From Spirochaetia bacterium (GTDB lineage Bacteria; Spirochaetota; Spirochaetia; DSM-2461): a stretch of 64,000 nucleotides of DNA. Of the stretch, positions 38,652 to 48,774 are shown piece by piece; position 1 is the first letter of the stretch, and each line of letters begins with the position of its first letter. The position numbers were made by a program, and so were the translations under genes. The notes beneath the pieces are model-generated. The model was not told the DNA's origin. It was given only the letters and a program-made list of their open reading frames with translations, and ran no database searches. The DNA is taken from assembly GCA_963668315.1 (NCBI GenBank), contig OY764216.1, forward strand, positions 4,992,001 to 5,056,000, written 5' to 3'.

Positions 38652-39071
38652 TTGGATTTACCAATATTGAAAGATAAAGATATTTTTCCTGATAGTAATG
38701 TTTTAAGAAAAGCTTTGAATGATGATTTTAAAATATTTCAAGAATTTGAAACAACAATTACAAATGGTGAACACAAGTTAGTTGGCGAATGGAGATATTA
38801 CAATGATGGTAAAGCTTGGATTTATAAAGCTCAATATAAAAAGAAAACAGTATTTTGGCTATCAGTCATATCAACCGGATTTACTGTAACATTTTATTTT
38901 AATGGAAAAAATTATGAAGGTGTTTTTGACTTGTCAATTGAAGAGTCAATTAAAGATGATTTCAAAAAAATGGAATTAGTTGGAAAATTACATCCTCTAC
39001 AAATCAGTGTAAATAATACGAATCAAATACCAGACATACTAGACATTATTGAGTATAAGAAAAAGTCATAA
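38652..39071 (+). CDS. Cassette 16, gene A: DUF3788-like protein
   Basis: EWRYYNDGKAWIYK...KKKTVFWLS. TTG start after GGAGG. Confidence 0.7.
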   Translation: MDLPILKDKDIFPDSNVLRKALNDDFKIFQEFETTITNGEHKLVGEWRYYNDGKAWIYKAQYKKKTVFWLSVISTGFTVTFYFNGKNYEGVFDLSIEESIKDDFKKMELVGKLHPLQISVNNTNQIPDILDIIEYKKKS

Positions 39072-39099
39072 TGTAAGTCGCAAGAATTTTTGGGGAAAA

Positions 39100-39582
39100 A
39101 TGAGAAAAGACAAAAAGAAAATGATATATTTTTCTGGACCTCCCTGTTCTGGTAAATCAACGATTTGTAAAGAATTGACTAAAAAAATAAGAAATGTTGA
39201 ATATGTTCTTGGTGATAAATATTGGATAAAGAATGATGATTGTGACTTTAATAGACGAAGAGTGAGAACTAATGAAGATATATTAAAATCACTTTGGAAT
39301 AAAACATCAAAGTCATTACTTTTAGAATGGGTTCCATATAATGGATCATTCATATCAGAACTAAAAAAGATCTGTGAAGAACAAAGATTGGAATTCAATC
39401 ATGTCGTTATTTATGCTCCAAAGGATATACTTGAACAAAGAAAATTACTTCGAGATAAAAATAAAGAATTGGGTCCAATAAATTTCGAGGAAATTAAAAA
39501 ACTGGAAAATGTTTTACTTTTTGACTCTAGTATTGAGTCGTTAAAATCAATTGTTCTAGAATGTGAAAAGTTATTTGATTGA
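39100..39582 (+). CDS. Cassette 16, gene B: small P-loop kinase (AAA_33-like)
   Basis: YFSGPPCSGKST Walker A. Confidence 0.75.
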   Translation: MRKDKKKMIYFSGPPCSGKSTICKELTKKIRNVEYVLGDKYWIKNDDCDFNRRRVRTNEDILKSLWNKTSKSLLLEWVPYNGSFISELKKICEEQRLEFNHVVIYAPKDILEQRKLLRDKNKELGPINFEEIKKLENVLLFDSSIESLKSIVLECEKLFD

Positions 39583-39935
39583 GTTCTATTTAGTCGAAAA
39601 ATGGTATCCGGATATTTTTCTATAAATTGTGCCCGTTCGTCGTCCTGGCCATAAAAGGATACCCGTCCCCATTTCACCACGATTGCCGATTTTATCTCCT
39701 CCCGTCAGGAGGAGATTACTTCCCTCTTCACCATGATCCTGTCCGTCTGTTACAAAGGCATTCCCGCTGATATGATAGAAAAAGGCACAGGATTATTCCA
39801 TTATAGAATAATGAGCTATCGAGGAGGCGTGAGGCCATATCTCTGGAACGGGGCTCCCCTGGCCATCCGCCAATAAAAAGCCCGGGGAAACCACGGGCCG
39901 ATGTTATGTCTTGGAAATAATCTTGTTTATCCGGA

Positions 39936-42908
39936 TCAGGGATGATTATTGGTCAGATACGGAAACCCGTTGTTTTCATCAATGGACCAGACCGGCTGCC
40001 CGGAGGTAAAATCAAATCCTGAAAAATTTGATTGATGAGTCATTTCCTCTTCCGTTCGAGGGGTAACGCCGGTAACTGTTGAAACGGCCGCGCCATCCGG
40101 ATCGCAGTAGACAGCGGTTAAGCTGGATGCATCGGAATTATAGTAACAGTTTTCAATGATTGGTAAATCACTACCGTATCTGCCAAGCATTGTTCCTGAC
40201 TCTACGGAGGCGGTTATTCCGCAGGATGAATAACTGTTTGATAGGGTCAGATTAGCTCCGCTTGCTCCGATTAACCCGCCTACGCTCTCGGAACTGCTGT
40301 TTCCAAGGGTTCCGATGGAGTAGCAATCCGTAATCGTACTATCAGCGGTTAGAGCGCCCAGCAGTCCTCCAACACACGTTATTCTGCCTGCTGTGGGGGT
40401 TACAGTAATATTTGAATAACAGGATGATACGTTAAGAGAGGAACTTGTATACATGCTATGTGCGTCCCCGATTATACCGCCCAGGCATGATCCGCTTCCT
40501 GTGCATTTAATGGTCACTTCAGCAGAACTGTTGCTTATATCGGATATTGTTTCAGAGTCTCCAATATTAAGATATCCAATTAGCCCCCCAATCTTGTTGC
40601 CGTATCCGCTGAAAGTTGTTGATGAGACATGGCAGTCTGAAACAACTATGCTGCCTTTGGCTAACCCTATAAGGCCGCCCATAGCCTGCTCGCCATAGCT
40701 GTCAAAGGAACCCGAGACGGTGCATGCGTTTATTGTTCCGCTTACCATCTCGCCGACAATAGTCCCTAGATAATAACTAGAAGGACATTTCATGCTGACA
40801 TTTACAAAGTTTATATTCGTTATAGTGATATTGTCTGCATAGCCCAGGAGCCCCTGATCATAGTTATTAGATGTGATTTTCAGGTTGCTGATAGTATGGC
40901 CCTGCCCGTCTATGATACCGGTGAACTTAGACCATGCGTCAGGTCCTACGGGTGTCCATTCTTTGGTATCATCATCGATAGAAAGATCAATATCCGCGGA
41001 GATAAGGTAGAAACCGCTTCGATCATCCGACATGTCGGCCAGTTGATCCGGTGTTGCAGGATAATAAACATTTCTTGATACATCATCGTAGAGGCAAATG
41101 TTGACCCCTTCACCGTTTGCTGATTCATTGCCCGCCGCATCCACAGCTACAAGCAGTGGGAGATAAGTTCCTCCGGTCGCAAGTCCATTGAATGTATAGG
41201 TTGTTTCTCCGTTTTCCAGTTTCACCTGTGCGCTGCTGTTGTAACTTACAAGAACGTGGTCAAAACTTGGATCATCTGAAGGGGTACTCCAGTTTATCGT
41301 AATTTTTCCGCCTCCGGCTTTAGTAATTACCGGATTTATCGTTTGAGGTTTACTTGAGTCATAAATGACTGTACAGCTGGTTTCTTTGGAAGTAATACCA
41401 TAGACATCTGAAGCCGCCCCGTTCCGGACTGTAACGGTAACGTCTTTTTCTACATTTGCTTCTGCGGTTACTATGATCTCGGCAGTATACGTTTTGTCGC
41501 TTCCGGTTATTTCGGATAGTCTTCCGTTTGTTACAGCTATGTCGTCGCTGTCCAAACCTGATACATTCTTATTAAAGCTGAGATTAATCGTAAAGATCTC
41601 TGCACTAGTGTAGCCCCTGTTAACATCATCGGGCGTCATTATTAGGATTACTTCTGCAGACCACATGGCATACAGTGTTATATCTGAAGTTACGATCTGT
41701 ATGGAACTTCCGGTTCTGTAAGAGGTTCCGCTGCCGTCGGCCGCTGTGTTCCATCCGGCAAAACCGTTTCCTTCAAGGGTAAACTCACAGCTCGGCAGTG
41801 TTATCGTCGCGCCCTCTGCCACGGACCTGGACGCCATCGTCCCATCCCCTCCGTTGGCGTCAAAGCTCAGGGTATGCATAATCTGCAACCATACCGCATA
41901 TAGGGTTATGTCTGACGAGGCCATAGTAAATGTACTGCCCGCGGCGTATGTCTCTCCGCTGCCGTCGGCCGCCGTGTTCCATCCGGCAAAACTGTATCCT
42001 ACAAGAGTAAAATCACAACTAGGCAGTGTTACCGTCGCGCCCTCCGCCATGGTCCTGGACGCCATCGTCCCATCCCCGGTGTTGGCGTCAAAGCTCAGGG
42101 TATGCATATTCTGCGACCATACCGCATAGAGGGTTATGTCTGAAGCGGCCATAGTAAATGTACTGCTCGCGGCGTATGTTGTTCCGCTGCCGTCGGCCGC
42201 CGTGTTCCAGCCGGCAAAACTGTATCCTACAAGGGTAAAATCACAACTCGGCAGTATCTCAGGAGCGCCCTCAGCTACGATTCGGGACGCCATTGTCCCT
42301 TCTCCGCCGTTGGCGTCAAAGCTCAGGGTATGCACATTCTGTGACCATACCGCATAAAGGGTTATGTCTGCCGTGGCCATAGTGAATGCACTGCCCGCGG
42401 CGTATATCGCTCCGCTGCCGTCGGCCGCCGTGTTCCATCCGGCGAAACTGTATCTTTCAAGGGTAAAATCACAACTCGGCAGTGTTACCGTCGCGCCCTC
42501 TGCCACGGTCCCGGACGCCATTGTCCCTTCCCCGCCGTTGGCGTCAAAGCTCAGGGTATGCACATTCTGCGACCATACCGCATAGAGGGTTATGTCTGCC
42601 GCGGCCATAGGAAATGTACTGCCCTCGGCGTATGTCGTTCCGCTGCCGTCGGCCGCCGTGTTCCAGCCGGCGAAGGAGAAATTTGTTTTTGCCAATCCTC
42701 CCGTATTGCCCCGAACCGTAACGGAAGCCCCGCTAAGGTAAGATGTGCTGTCGACCGGTACTGTTCCGGACGTGGTGCCGTTGCCATCGTAGATGACCAT
42801 GAAGGTTCTACTAGCCGGTGAATCCATTGGGCATCCGCTAACAAGGGCCGCGAGAGTTATCATCAAGATAACCGCAAACGCCCTTAGCATATTTGTTGTC
42901 TTTTTCAA
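39936..42908 (-). CDS. Surface lipoprotein with five InlB B-repeats (Listeria-Bacteroides repeat), Ig/FN3-like domains and GLUG-like repeats
   Basis: Lipobox VSGC, 5x F(D)ANGG...FAGWNTAADGSG...ITLYAVW, then GGLIG repeats and a C-terminal GFPYL. Confidence 0.82.
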   Translation of the reverse strand: MKKTTNMLRAFAVILMITLAALVSGCPMDSPASRTFMVIYDGNGTTSGTVPVDSTSYLSGASVTVRGNTGGLAKTNFSFAGWNTAADGSGTTYAEGSTFPMAAADITLYAVWSQNVHTLSFDANGGEGTMASGTVAEGATVTLPSCDFTLERYSFAGWNTAADGSGAIYAAGSAFTMATADITLYAVWSQNVHTLSFDANGGEGTMASRIVAEGAPEILPSCDFTLVGYSFAGWNTAADGSGTTYAASSTFTMAASDITLYAVWSQNMHTLSFDANTGDGTMASRTMAEGATVTLPSCDFTLVGYSFAGWNTAADGSGETYAAGSTFTMASSDITLYAVWLQIMHTLSFDANGGDGTMASRSVAEGATITLPSCEFTLEGNGFAGWNTAADGSGTSYRTGSSIQIVTSDITLYAMWSAEVILIMTPDDVNRGYTSAEIFTINLSFNKNVSGLDSDDIAVTNGRLSEITGSDKTYTAEIIVTAEANVEKDVTVTVRNGAASDVYGITSKETSCTVIYDSSKPQTINPVITKAGGGKITINWSTPSDDPSFDHVLVSYNSSAQVKLENGETTYTFNGLATGGTYLPLLVAVDAAGNESANGEGVNICLYDDVSRNVYYPATPDQLADMSDDRSGFYLISADIDLSIDDDTKEWTPVGPDAWSKFTGIIDGQGHTISNLKITSNNYDQGLLGYADNITITNINFVNVSMKCPSSYYLGTIVGEMVSGTINACTVSGSFDSYGEQAMGGLIGLAKGSIVVSDCHVSSTTFSGYGNKIGGLIGYLNIGDSETISDISNSSAEVTIKCTGSGSCLGGIIGDAHSMYTSSSLNVSSCYSNITVTPTAGRITCVGGLLGALTADSTITDCYSIGTLGNSSSESVGGLIGASGANLTLSNSYSSCGITASVESGTMLGRYGSDLPIIENCYYNSDASSLTAVYCDPDGAAVSTVTGVTPRTEEEMTHQSNFSGFDFTSGQPVWSIDENNGFPYLTNNHP
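41650..42800 (-). repeat. Intragenic tandem repeats (about 228 bp, 76 aa, x5)
   Basis: Near-identical CCGCTGCCGTCGGCCGCCGTGTTCCA blocks at about 228-bp spacing. Confidence 0.85.
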
Positions 42909-43583
42909 TTAGGGAATCTCTCCTTCCATATTGTATAATATAGGTGGAATATATACGAAGCAGAGTTCCCCGTCGTCCGGATATATATTTTGGGACTTTT
43001 TTGGAGAAAAAAGTTCATGTTTCTTTAATCGGTCCCGGAGGATCGGCTGTTCAATTCAAATACGGTGATACTGTAAGGCATAAGCTCATATTTAAAATTC
43101 TCAGAGGCGAGAGTCAATTCTTCTATATACTTGACCTCCGCGGAAGATGAATCAAAGTATAAACCTTCGCTTTGCCGTTATGGGGTTCATAGTCTCCCTT
43201 TGAATCAAAAGCGTCATTCAATTTTCCGTCCCGTTTATTTATCCCTATGACCACCATTCTGTCTTGATTAATCGAATCCCGACTTGCGAAGACCGAACAT
43301 AGCTCCTTATCCGTGGAATGGGCGGGGATGAAAAAACTGAACAGATTCATCCTGAGGAGCAAATCGAGAGTGAATCCCCAATGGCTTTTGTACGGCATGG
43401 TTCATAATATCGGAAAGATTCAGAGGTATGGGGGAAGATAGGAGATGATAAAATGGGAGAATGATAGGGATTTGAGACGAAGGCTTTAATGCCCGGAGGC
43501 GTGATTCTGCTGGATGCGGGTTATTCTACAGTCTCGTTATGCCTACAGAAGGTTTGATTTAATCAAGAATAGGTAGCGCGAAG

Positions 43584-43829
43584 ATGACGACTGTTAGGTT
43601 AAATGATGAAATTGAGACTAAATTATCAATGCTGACAGATATAGAAAAATCATCTAAATCAGAGGTGATTAAAAAGACAATTGCAGAATATTATGAATCC
43701 CATTACCAAGATAAAACTCCCTATGAACTGGGTGAGAGTCTATTCGGAAAATATGGAGCAGATGAGAATTTATCGCTGAATTATAAAGAAAAGCTTAAGG
43801 ATATGCTTAATGAAAAATACTCTCATTGA
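43584..43829 (+). CDS. RHH/CopG-family antitoxin
   Basis: MTTVRLND...SKSEVIK; overlaps a PIN gene. Confidence 0.75.
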   Translation: MTTVRLNDEIETKLSMLTDIEKSSKSEVIKKTIAEYYESHYQDKTPYELGESLFGKYGADENLSLNYKEKLKDMLNEKYSH

Positions 43830-44046
43830 TGCTGGTCCATTAATTGCCCTGTTTAATAAGAACGATAAATATAATCGACAAATAACAACATTCCTGAAAA
43901 ATTATACTGGCCGATTACTTAGCAGTTGGCCCGTAATTACAGAAATTTCCCATATGTTGAGCTTCAATGTACAAACTCAGATTGATTTTTTAACGTGGGT
44001 CAAACGGGGAGGAATACGCAAGCGAAAAAGACAGAATGAGATATAG
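43810..44046 (+). pseudogene. Truncated PIN-domain (VapC-like) toxin
   Basis: LIDAGPLIAL...D...WPVITE. Only 78 aa, and the C-terminal acidic residues are missing. Confidence 0.65.
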
Positions 44047-44317
44047 GGTTTATTTTTAAAAGTAACGGGTGTAGGGTTATGATGGTTGGAGGAGACGATT
44101 CCTACGATACTGGTGAGATTCTCTGCGATAGAATCTCATTTAGAAAGGAGGATCATTGAAACTCCATGGGACGGACGGTTTCGTCCAAATTCACCGCCTA
44201 TCTGCTCGCGCAGAGATGGACGGCTAAGAGTTATACGATATTTAAAGCAGTAACACAAAAGATGCAAAATAATGTTTCAATATAGTAGAATAAATGATTT
44301 TTATTTTGGAGAGTTAA

Positions 44318-45142
44318 ATGAAAGAGAAATTCCCGCTAAGGTTTTTCATCATTGCATTTGCATGGTCGTGGATAATTTGGTTACCTTTAATACTTGCTGG
44401 CTTTGGAATAATTCCAATAAATAAAGAATTATTAGCTTCGATTGAAACTCCAGTATCAATTGTCGCTGCATTTGGACCAGCTATTGGTGCATTTGTTTCA
44501 TTGCGAACTCTCGATGGTAAAGGAGCTGTTGCTTCTTATATTAGGTCATTTCTTAATCTTAAATTTGGATTAAAAGTCTGGATTTGGATCTTTTTTGTAT
44601 TAGGTCTAAGTACTGTTGCTTCTTGGTTTTTACCAGAATTATTTGGGGAACCCCGTCTAGCAATGCTATTACCAAATATTTATATTTTTCCAATATATTG
44701 GTTAATCATGGTATTCTTTGGGGGAGGGCAAGAAGAAATAGGATGGAGGGGTTATATTTTAACTTTTCTTGAAAGACGCTTTGGACTCTTTTGGGGTTCC
44801 TGCGTTTTAGGATTGATTTGGGCCTGTTGGCATATTCCCCTGTGGTTTATTCCTGGAACAAGTCAAACATATATGAACTTTTTCGGATTTATAATGCTAA
44901 CTACAGGTTACTCCTTTTTCTTTTCTTGGATAATGAAAGCTTCCGGGAATCGTCCGTTAGCGGGGTTGATTGCCCATGGAACAGCAAATGCATTTATTCC
45001 CCTTTTTCCGGTTTTAATAATGAAGCTTGAAGTGCCGCAAGTTAGATTCTGGATTTGGACATCATTAACTTTAATTATTGGTATTATCTTTATATTTGTA
45101 AAAATCAATAATCCTAATGGTTCTCACAAGCAAAGCACATAA
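44318..45142 (+). CDS. CPBP (CAAX/Abi) intramembrane metalloprotease
   Basis: EEIGWRG, WACWHIP, HGTAN, multiple TMs. The stop lies inside ACATAAC. Confidence 0.9.
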   Translation: MKEKFPLRFFIIAFAWSWIIWLPLILAGFGIIPINKELLASIETPVSIVAAFGPAIGAFVSLRTLDGKGAVASYIRSFLNLKFGLKVWIWIFFVLGLSTVASWFLPELFGEPRLAMLLPNIYIFPIYWLIMVFFGGGQEEIGWRGYILTFLERRFGLFWGSCVLGLIWACWHIPLWFIPGTSQTYMNFFGFIMLTTGYSFFFSWIMKASGNRPLAGLIAHGTANAFIPLFPVLIMKLEVPQVRFWIWTSLTLIIGIIFIFVKINNPNGSHKQST

Positions 45143-45260
45143 CAGTGGTTCCGCGGTCTGCAGATTCGCCTTCTATGCGTCATTACTTCACCCAGATGCC
45201 CTTTGACAAATCCCCGCATTAAGATGATATAATTAAACAATATTTCATCAATCTATCGGG
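45137..45260 (+). repeat. Relic attC-like site retaining its promoter
   Basis: ACATAACAG...CTTCACCCAGATGCCCTTTGACAAATCC...TGATATAATT...TCATCAA, homologous to sites 7 and 8. The right arm has decayed. Confidence 0.6.
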
Positions 45261-45321
45261 ATTGCTGACTTTACGGAAGCATAAAACAACATTTGTAGAT
45301 CATGTATTAGAGGAGAATCCA

Positions 45322-45687
45322 ATGAGCGAAATAATCAGAGGTGATGTTAACGAGGAATGGGCACATTCAGGCTATGTAGTAGCTGGGGATTTTGTGTTCC
45401 TGAATTACTGTGTTGGTAATGTGGGGAAATCAGTAAAAGAGCAGATTGAAGGAGCTCTTGATAATATGGAAAAACGCCTGAAAGAAGTAAATCTTACTCT
45501 GGAAAATGTAGTAAAGGTGGACGTTCTTTTCAGAGATGTTTGGAATATTCCTGTTATGGAAGAAGTATTTAAGAGGCGGTTCAAGGGAAAATATCCGGCG
45601 AGGAAAACTATTTCGACTGATTTTGCCCATGCCGGGGGCCCGGACGGCCTTGAATTCCAAATCGATGGAATTGCTTACAAAGGATGA
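45322..45687 (+). CDS. RidA/YjgF-family protein
   Basis: LENVVKVDV...YPARKT...FQIDGIAY. ATG after GAGGAG. Confidence 0.85.
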   Translation: MSEIIRGDVNEEWAHSGYVVAGDFVFLNYCVGNVGKSVKEQIEGALDNMEKRLKEVNLTLENVVKVDVLFRDVWNIPVMEEVFKRRFKGKYPARKTISTDFAHAGGPDGLEFQIDGIAYKG

Positions 45688-46208
45688 ATGATCAACGCCA
45701 TCGATTAAGGAATATTTGCTTCGCTTCAATTCGGGCCCGAATTGGCCTGGGGTAATCGTTGTATGATTTTATTAATTCCCAACAAACAAGCCGACACCAT
45801 GTGAATTAATAATTGGAATGGTTCAATAGAAACGGAAACTTGTCAGAGAGAACAAGTAGACGACTATGATAGTCACGATAAATTACAGCAAATATACGGA
45901 TATAAAGAATGTTTTGATAAGCTGCTTCTTCAGGAACCATAGCTAAAGGACAATTTTTATGGGTTGTGGATCTGAATAAAGATAGGGATCCCCCTGACAG
46001 CTTAACAATGGCAGGCCGACAGGAAACATTCCCGGTTCTCCCCTTTCATTTCTGGGGTATGTGGTTCATGACATGTATTTTAATGCGTAAGGCAAGCATA
46101 CTTTTCAGAGAGTTATCAAACCGGATGTAAACGGCCGGTTGCAGAGAAGTAACCCCGGGTTGATTGCCTGATCTCCGGGTTAGGGTAAAATACTCGCAAG
46201 GAGTAATT

Positions 46209-46880
46209 ATGGATTTCGGAAACAGAATACATGAATTAAGAAATAATGCAGGTCTGACCCAGGAGCAGCTGGCGGAGAAACTGGATATCTCAAGACAGTC
46301 GGTAACGAAATGGGAAAAGAATCTCTCCCTCCCCGATATAGATAAACTGATAGAATTAAGCCTCATTTTCGGTGTATCCATAGATTATCTGATAAAAGGG
46401 AGAAGCAAATATTCAGATTATGATAACTCAGAAACTGAGGATTATGAAATAATAAAATCCTTTCTCTGTACGGCGAAACAAAATACATACGCCGCCCATG
46501 GCGCGGAAGTGGCATCCTCAAGATCACACTCCCATGACCTCTCTTTTCAAGATGGGATTTTTTCCTATTTGGATTCCTATTTTGGCGGTGAAAGCTTCAT
46601 AGGAGAAGAGGTCCTATATGTGGGTGGAGAGCCCTTCTGGGCTATGAATTATTCGGGACGTGTTCTTGATGGTAATTTTTCAGGTGATTTTCTCAAAGAG
46701 TGTTTATCGGCCGTAAAGATTGAGAGACCATTCAGGGGACCGGAAATCCATAAAAACGGCAATTTCACTTATCATTCCAGCGTGAGGGGGGATTTTGGTT
46801 GGTTCACCGGCGAAGAAGATATCTTTTTTCAAACAGAGAAAGTTTATGAGTGCATTTTTCACGGGGGAAGGATAAAATAG
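46209..46880 (+). CDS. XRE-family HTH regulator fused to a DUF5680-like domain
   Basis: LTQEQLAEKLDISRQSVTKWE; TYA...YLDSYFGG...PFRGP...FHGG. Confidence 0.82.
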   Translation: MDFGNRIHELRNNAGLTQEQLAEKLDISRQSVTKWEKNLSLPDIDKLIELSLIFGVSIDYLIKGRSKYSDYDNSETEDYEIIKSFLCTAKQNTYAAHGAEVASSRSHSHDLSFQDGIFSYLDSYFGGESFIGEEVLYVGGEPFWAMNYSGRVLDGNFSGDFLKECLSAVKIERPFRGPEIHKNGNFTYHSSVRGDFGWFTGEEDIFFQTEKVYECIFHGGRIK

Positions 46881-46915
46881 ATCCTTGCTTCGGCCATGGC
46901 AAAAGGACGGGACAG

Positions 46916-47539
46916 ATGAAAGAGAAGAGCTGTAAAACACAGGCTATCCTCGAAGAGTCGGGAAATAACCATTCCAGGGCGCTCCGGATAATCGAAGAAT
47001 TGCACATAGTCGAGGCTTGGGAAAGGTATCACTCACAGGCGAACCTTGTCGGTTCGGTTGCCACCAATCTCCTTATGAATCATCTGGATATCGATTTTCA
47101 TATCTATTCAGAGAGATTCAGCATAAAAGACAGTTTTTCTGCGGTGGGCGAAATAGCGTCATCTGAGAGGGTGAAAAAAGTTACCTATAGTAATAATATT
47201 AACCGGGAAGACAGGTGTGTGGAATGGCATCTTGAATACGAAGACGAAGGGGCAGAAATCTGGCAGATTGACCTGATTCACCTTCTTAACGATTCGCCCT
47301 ATGTGGGAAAATTTGAGCGGGTTGCTGAAAAAATACAGAAAGCCCTGGATTCCGAATCAAGAAGCAGGATACTGGAAATCAAATGGGAACTTTCAAAGCA
47401 GAATAAAAAGGTCATGGGAATTGAAGTCTGCCGGGCTGTCCTCGAAGGCGGAGTTCATTCATACAGAGATTTTCTGAAATGGCAGCAGGAGAATCCCGTT
47501 ACGGGTATTGTCCTGTGGGAACCACTCCTCGGCAGCTGA
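46916..47539 (+). CDS. Hypothetical protein, nucleotidyltransferase-like motif
   Basis: LVGSVATNLLMNHLDIDFHI (GS...DxD). Confidence 0.65.
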   Translation: MKEKSCKTQAILEESGNNHSRALRIIEELHIVEAWERYHSQANLVGSVATNLLMNHLDIDFHIYSERFSIKDSFSAVGEIASSERVKKVTYSNNINREDRCVEWHLEYEDEGAEIWQIDLIHLLNDSPYVGKFERVAEKIQKALDSESRSRILEIKWELSKQNKKVMGIEVCRAVLEGGVHSYRDFLKWQQENPVTGIVLWEPLLGS

Positions 47540-47583
47540 CCGAGTTTGCTTATTCAGATCTATCCGTTATTTTAAGGAGTTTT

Positions 47584-48036
47584 ATGAACGTATCGATTCT
47601 GCCGGAATCCCCGGAGAGCAGAGAAGCGGCCATGCTTATGGGGGAATTATCCGCCATACTTGAGTCCATAACAGGAGACAGCGGTCAATCATCCTTCAGC
47701 AATGAAGATGTCGCAAACAACAGATCGGTCTTTCTTATCGCCCGTGATCAGAGGAATTCACCCGTCGGCTGCGGAGCCATTCGCCCCTTGGATGATCATT
47801 GCGGAGAGATTAAGAGAATGTACTCAAAATTACCGGGATTAGGCTCCCGTATTTTGACCTGCCTGGAAGAGAGGGCCGGGACCTTAGGCTATCGGATTCT
47901 CAGACTGGAAACAAGAAAGATTAATGAAAGGGCGGTTAGTTTCTACTTGCGCAACGGATACGATATAATTGAGAATTATGGAAAGTACCGGGGAAACGAA
48001 AAGGCTGTCTGCTTTGAGAAAAAGCTGGTCGGATAG
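47584..48036 (+). CDS. GNAT-family acetyltransferase
   Basis: PVGCGAIR, EIKRMY, LETRKINERAVSFY. Confidence 0.85.
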   Translation: MNVSILPESPESREAAMLMGELSAILESITGDSGQSSFSNEDVANNRSVFLIARDQRNSPVGCGAIRPLDDHCGEIKRMYSKLPGLGSRILTCLEERAGTLGYRILRLETRKINERAVSFYLRNGYDIIENYGKYRGNEKAVCFEKKLVG

Positions 48037-48041
48037 ATAAA

Positions 48042-48584
48042 ATGGATTTCACTCTTTACCACTATTTTGAAGAGTCGGAGGGACCTCTCAGAAATTTATC
48101 GGCCCTCCCCATTGATGAGAGCGCCCATATACTCGAACAGATGAAAAAAGACTCATCCCGCCGATACGCCGCACAGAGACCTGACGGCTATATGAAGCGG
48201 AGAATCGAACTTGAAGGAATTATCCGCAATCTTTTTATAGAAAAGGGGGGAAAACCGGAAAAAACCTATCCCCACTATTTTGTCGTGGGAAAATGCCCCT
48301 GGTTCGATGAGTGGTATATCCATACATCTTCCCTTACAAAACAGATATGGGAGATTGACCCCGATACGGTCTCATTCACATACGGCGACTCCTTCCCCAC
48401 TTTCAGCGACAGGGTGAATGACGGCAGGGAATACAGAAAAAAAGTCTATACATACGATGAGATTTGCCGGCTGATTGAAAAATACGGCTATCCCCAGATA
48501 TGGAACCCCGATGGACGGCTCGGTCCGGAGCGTTATATAGAAGCCCATATCTGGAGCGATCGGGACTTATTGAATTTCCTATAA
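48042..48584 (+). CDS. Conserved hypothetical protein
   Basis: 180-aa ORF in an operon; SFTYGDS and YIEAHIW motifs. Confidence 0.7.
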   Translation: MDFTLYHYFEESEGPLRNLSALPIDESAHILEQMKKDSSRRYAAQRPDGYMKRRIELEGIIRNLFIEKGGKPEKTYPHYFVVGKCPWFDEWYIHTSSLTKQIWEIDPDTVSFTYGDSFPTFSDRVNDGREYRKKVYTYDEICRLIEKYGYPQIWNPDGRLGPERYIEAHIWSDRDLLNFL

Positions 48585-48718
48585 ACAGCCCTGTCCCACG
48601 GAGAGATCACGGCGATGCTCCGGATCATCCGATCTCCCGGGAGATCGGGCAGGTTCCCGCAGGAACTGAGGGAGCGGCTCTTTTTTTTGTAAAAATGTTA
48701 TTTTCCCATAAAATGCAT

Positions 48719-48747
48719 TTGACAGAGATTATGACATTATCTATTAT
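48719..48747 (+). promoter_or_regulatory. sigma70 promoter of the NUP gene
   Basis: TTGACA-17bp-TATTAT. Confidence 0.65.
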
Positions 48748-48774
48748 TCTGTAATTTTTAAAAAAGGAGCATTT

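Larger units (their letters stand above)
18731..39690. mobile_element. Chromosomal integron-like platform with about 16 gene cassettes
   Basis: Recombinase, attI-like site, and co-oriented AT-rich single genes separated by related palindromic TAAC...GTTA sites. The core of each cassette is complementary to its own inverse core. Confidence 0.9.

Noticed and set aside
43123..43398. 91-aa minus-strand ORF
   Set aside because: No recognisable motif or clear RBS; possibly a gene remnant.
48587..48690. Multi-hairpin region upstream of the NUP gene as a purine riboswitch
   Set aside because: It lacks purine-riboswitch core motifs and lies upstream of the predicted NUP promoter; more likely a terminator for the preceding operon.
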